Positions 35,116-38,007 of a DNA stretch of 38,007 nt are shown in pieces; within the stretch, counting starts at the first letter, position 1; each line of letters opens with the position of its first letter. The translations under genes were made by a program, and so were the position numbers. The notes below the pieces were generated by a model. It saw only the letters and a program-made list of their open reading frames with translations, was not told the origin of the DNA and ran no database searches. Origin of the DNA: Chloroflexota bacterium (GTDB taxonomy: Bacteria; Chloroflexota; Anaerolineae; Anaerolineales; Villigracilaceae); assembly GCA_021840275.1 (NCBI GenBank), contig JAKBYW010000001.1, positions 1 to 38,007 of the forward strand, read 5' to 3'.

Positions 35116-37455
35116 ATGGAAAAAACAATCGAACTCGAATTCCCCCTCCTACTCCCAGGCATCGAAAACGAAAAGGATGAGTGTCTCCTCCGTCTGGAAT
35201 CTTCTCTTCAAAATTACAAGGGGATTCTGCGCGCACATATCGAGCGCGAAAAATCCCCTGTGGACTTGTGTTTGCACTACGATCCCAACTTGCTGACTCT
35301 CTCCGATGTCAAACGCCTCGCCGAGCGCGCGGGTGCACAGATCGTCAACCGCTTCCATCACGATTCGATTTCCATCGAGAATATGGACTGCTCGGATTGT
35401 GCGAGGGTCATCGAACACAGTCTCGGACGAATGGATGGCATATTGTCGGTTAATGTCAACTACCCCGCTGAAAAGATGTGGGTCGAATATGATAATCAAA
35501 AGATCAATCGCGCATCCATTGAAAATCGTGTGCGCTCGCTGGGATATGAAATCCCAGTGGAGGGATTGCGTAGTTGGTATAAAGAAAACCGTGAAGTCAT
35601 ATTTAGCCTTACAGCGGGATTACTTGTCTTGTTGGGTTGGCTCGGACAGACCTTCTTCGGTTTGCCTGTGCTTGTTGCGACCATCCTATATCTAGCGGCT
35701 TATGTCTTCGGCGGTTGGGACATTTCACAACATGCCTGGCACGCAATCAAAGAAAAACATTTCGATACCGACCTGCTGATGGTGATGGCGGCGCTCGGCG
35801 CGGCGTTCCTCGGCGAGTTTGCCGAAGGCGCACTCCTGCTTTTTCTGTTCAGTCTCGGTCATGCTTTGGAGGAACGCGCGCTTGATCGTGCCCGCGCCGC
35901 TGTGCGTGCGTTGGCAGACCTTGCGCCCAAGATCGCCCTCGTCAGGCGTGACGGGAAAGAACAGGAACTGCCCGTTGAATCTTTGGGACTGGAAGATGTC
36001 GTCATCGTCCGCCCTGGCGTGCGTATTCCTGTTGATGGTGTCATCCTCACTGGAAACTCTGGCGTGGATCAAGCCTCAGTCACGGGTGAATCACTTCCCG
36101 TGGATAAAGTTCCTGGTGATCAGGTATTTGCCAGCACTGTCAATGGTGAAGGTGCGCTGGAAGTAAAGGTCACGCGCCTGGCAAAAGACTCAACACTCGC
36201 CCGTGTCATGAAAATGGTGGAAGAGGCGCAGGCCCAAAAATCGCCCACACAACAAACGGTTGAAAAATTCGAGCGGGTCTTTGTTCCCGCCGTGCTGGTA
36301 CTGACTGTACTGGTTATCATCATTCCTCCATTGTTCGGCTTTCCGTTCCGCGAATCGTTTCTGCGTGCCATGACTCTCCTCGTCGCAGCTTCGCCTTGCG
36401 CCCTCGCACTTGGCACACCTGCCACGGTCCTCGCGGGCGTCGCGCAAGCCGCGCGTAACGGCGTTCTCGTCAAGGGTGGCGCGCACCTTGAAAATTTGGG
36501 TCGTCTCAAAGCCATCGCCTTCGACAAAACGGGCACGGTGACTCATGGCAAACCTGAGGTAACTGATATGGTCGTATTCCCAGCTTCGGGGTGGAAGGAG
36601 GCGGATTTACTGTCTCTTGCGGCGGGTGCGGAATCACGTTCCGCACATCCCCTCGCCCAGGCAGTCGTCCGCTCGGCTCAGACTCAGGGTTTGCCTGTTT
36701 CCGTTATGGACGAAGTCGAGTCGCTGACGGGACGCGGTCTTCGCGCCGTCTCGAACGGCAAAACCGTTTGGATCGGCAATCAAAAATTGATGGATGAAGT
36801 GGGCGCGCCGATCTCTCCCGATGCGCTCAATCACGCGCAATCGCTTCAAGGATCAGGGAAGACGTTGATGTGGATTGCGATGGACAAAATTTTGATCGGT
36901 TTGATCGCCCTCGCCGACACCCTGCGCACCGAAACCGCGCCGACCATGAAGGCCCTTAAAGCTGCCGGCGTAAGCCACACAATCATGCTGACTGGCGACA
37001 ATGCGCGTTCGGCTTCTGCTATTACATCTGAAATCGGTCTAACTGAATTCCGTGCCGACCTCATGCCCGAAGATAAACTGACCGTGATCCGCGACCTTGT
37101 AAAAGAATATGGGCAGGTTGCGATGATCGGCGACGGCGTGAACGACGCCCCTGCACTCGCAAATGCAACGGTGGGAATAGCAATGGGCGGCGCGGGTACA
37201 GACGTTGCATTGGAGACTGCCGATGTTGCCCTGATGGGTGACGATCTATCCAAACTACCGTTTGCTGTTGGACTGGGTCGCGCCACCCGCGCGATCATCA
37301 TCCAAAATCTTTTTATCTCACTCGGTGTGATTACCCTGCTCGTCATCGCATCCCTGACAGGCATTGTCAGTATCGGCATTGCCATCATATTCCACGAAGG
37401 TAGCACATTGGTCGTTGTCGCAAATGCATTGAGGTTGTTGGGATATCGAAAGTAA
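35116..37455 (+). CDS. P1B-4-type heavy-metal ATPase (Co/Zn/Ni-type signature) with N-terminal metal-binding domains
   Basis: SPC in M6 (LVAASPCALALGTP) and HEGST in the last TM, plus TGES, DKTGTVT, SAHPLA and GDGVNDAPAL. There is an HMA domain with MDCSDC and an upstream degenerate ferredoxin-like domain. Confidence 0.9.
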   Translation: MEKTIELEFPLLLPGIENEKDECLLRLESSLQNYKGILRAHIEREKSPVDLCLHYDPNLLTLSDVKRLAERAGAQIVNRFHHDSISIENMDCSDCARVIEHSLGRMDGILSVNVNYPAEKMWVEYDNQKINRASIENRVRSLGYEIPVEGLRSWYKENREVIFSLTAGLLVLLGWLGQTFFGLPVLVATILYLAAYVFGGWDISQHAWHAIKEKHFDTDLLMVMAALGAAFLGEFAEGALLLFLFSLGHALEERALDRARAAVRALADLAPKIALVRRDGKEQELPVESLGLEDVVIVRPGVRIPVDGVILTGNSGVDQASVTGESLPVDKVPGDQVFASTVNGEGALEVKVTRLAKDSTLARVMKMVEEAQAQKSPTQQTVEKFERVFVPAVLVLTVLVIIIPPLFGFPFRESFLRAMTLLVAASPCALALGTPATVLAGVAQAARNGVLVKGGAHLENLGRLKAIAFDKTGTVTHGKPEVTDMVVFPASGWKEADLLSLAAGAESRSAHPLAQAVVRSAQTQGLPVSVMDEVESLTGRGLRAVSNGKTVWIGNQKLMDEVGAPISPDALNHAQSLQGSGKTLMWIAMDKILIGLIALADTLRTETAPTMKALKAAGVSHTIMLTGDNARSASAITSEIGLTEFRADLMPEDKLTVIRDLVKEYGQVAMIGDGVNDAPALANATVGIAMGGAGTDVALETADVALMGDDLSKLPFAVGLGRATRAIIIQNLFISLGVITLLVIASLTGIVSIGIAIIFHEGSTLVVVANALRLLGYRK

Positions 37456-37590
37456 AAACGCATGAAGGTTTTCACAGATTAGGCGGTGAATACAGGTTCA
37501 TTGACATTCATGATCACTATGATAGGAAGCCGGCTTACCAGTGTTTCGTTCGTGGAATCAAACTGTGTTGGGATTGAATAAAAATTTCAT

Positions 37591-37632
37591 GTGGATAAAT
37601 AATTGATGTTCAAACGTCAATTATTTATCCAC
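37591..37632. other. Perfect 16-bp inverted repeat with a 10-nt loop
   Basis: GTGGATAAATAATTGA (37591-37606) / TCAATTATTTATCCAC (37617-37632), 135 nt downstream of the ATPase stop. No U-tract follows. Confidence 0.8.
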
Positions 37633-37881
37633 TTATCGAAGGATTGTCTTGTTTTATGGTGCGCGTTTGTGGTTAGCTTATTCCATATGCAGTTGCACCC
37701 CATACCGCCCACGCGCTGCCTATGTTCTTTTGCGAAATTTATATCCGCATACATGATAAATAGAGGTCCCCAAGTGTCAAATTACTCAAACAATTACGCC
37801 TCTGTTACTTTGGGGTTTCGTTCTGGCCAAGCAGATGATCATTTCCTACAATAAGCGGGTGATTCATTTTCCTTCTTTCCT

Positions 37882-37929
37882 TTGACAAATTGCCCAGCGT
37901 GTAATGAGATAAGGGAACTGGTTTGTCGA
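37882..37929 (+). other. Hairpin carrying the GCG(A)TGTAAT-N3-5-AAGGGAAC module of the repeat element
   Basis: Stem TTGACAAATTG / TGGTTTGTCGA (WC plus G.U pairs) encloses CCCAGCGTGTAATGAGATAAGGGAAC. In the repeat copies the same loop module is enclosed by a different stem, CCAAATATTG/CAATATTTGG. Confidence 0.5.
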
Positions 37930-38007
37930 CAGGAACATATTACTCTTTGATAAAAGAATTAAGTGTGACCGATATAAACCTTGAAGAAGGAATCATAAAT
38001 AGCGTTC

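Noticed and set aside
35149-37475. Multiple antisense or alternative-frame ORFs within the P1B-4 ATPase gene, with similar cases inside mgtA, the MFS gene, eno, the HK gene and the CSC ATPase gene
   Set aside because: All are nested in long genes with unambiguous family motifs. They are Arg/Ser/Pro-rich shadow frames.
37603-37854. 83-aa ORF in the right-hand gene-free tail
   Set aside because: It starts inside the 16-bp palindrome, has no RBS, is Cys/Phe-rich and low in complexity, and overlaps the repeat-like modules.

Overview
This is a 38,007-bp bacterial chromosomal window of about 50% GC. Gene content is loosely reminiscent of Chloroflexota, at low confidence. It reads as an ion-stress neighbourhood. 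Main result: two fluoride riboswitches (crcB motif; 697-779 on +, 17440-17345 on -), each with a terminator expression platform, appear to drive two long operons made mostly of uncharacterised genes. Operon A (+, 782-7432) starts with a degenerate pyrophosphatase-like/PH-like protein, a Zn-ribbon-HEAT protein and two MutS-domain-V ATPase paralogs, all four joined by ATGA overlaps. It continues with crcB and a DUF190-4xCBS fusion. Operon B (-, 17307-11961) encodes an MFS transporter, a small membrane protein, enolase, a PH-like paralog of the first operon-A gene, an orphan Wzt/TagH-type ABC ATPase and a histidine phosphatase. Between the two operons lies an M-box (Mg2+) riboswitch with two tandem terminators in a ~750-nt leader of mgtA. 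The middle of the window holds a Zn-ribbon membrane protein, a FixH-like/DsbD_2-like/FixI-N-terminal-like/ChrA operon, and a metallophosphoesterase. It also holds pepD, a dynamin-like GTPase with a Cys/His-rich C-terminal domain, and a minimal 3-TM P-type-ATPase-like protein. The right end is a metal-resistance block with three parts. First, a CmtR-like repressor with a P1B ATPase carrying CSC instead of CPC. Second, a Met/Gly/Trp-rich PSCyt1 protein, a Met-rich membrane peptide and an OmpR/HK pair. Third, an ICMT-like protein, a CzrA-like repressor, a small protein and an SPC/HEGST P1B-4 ATPase. A ~460-nt non-coding element with stem-preserving substitutions occurs twice as direct repeats (1-470 and 27443-27905), and a hairpin module from it recurs near 27290 and 37882. 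I recognised no rRNA, tRNA, CRISPR array, transposase or integrase. RNA-element coordinates were derived by hand and may be off by a few nt. Family assignments come from motif recognition, not searches.
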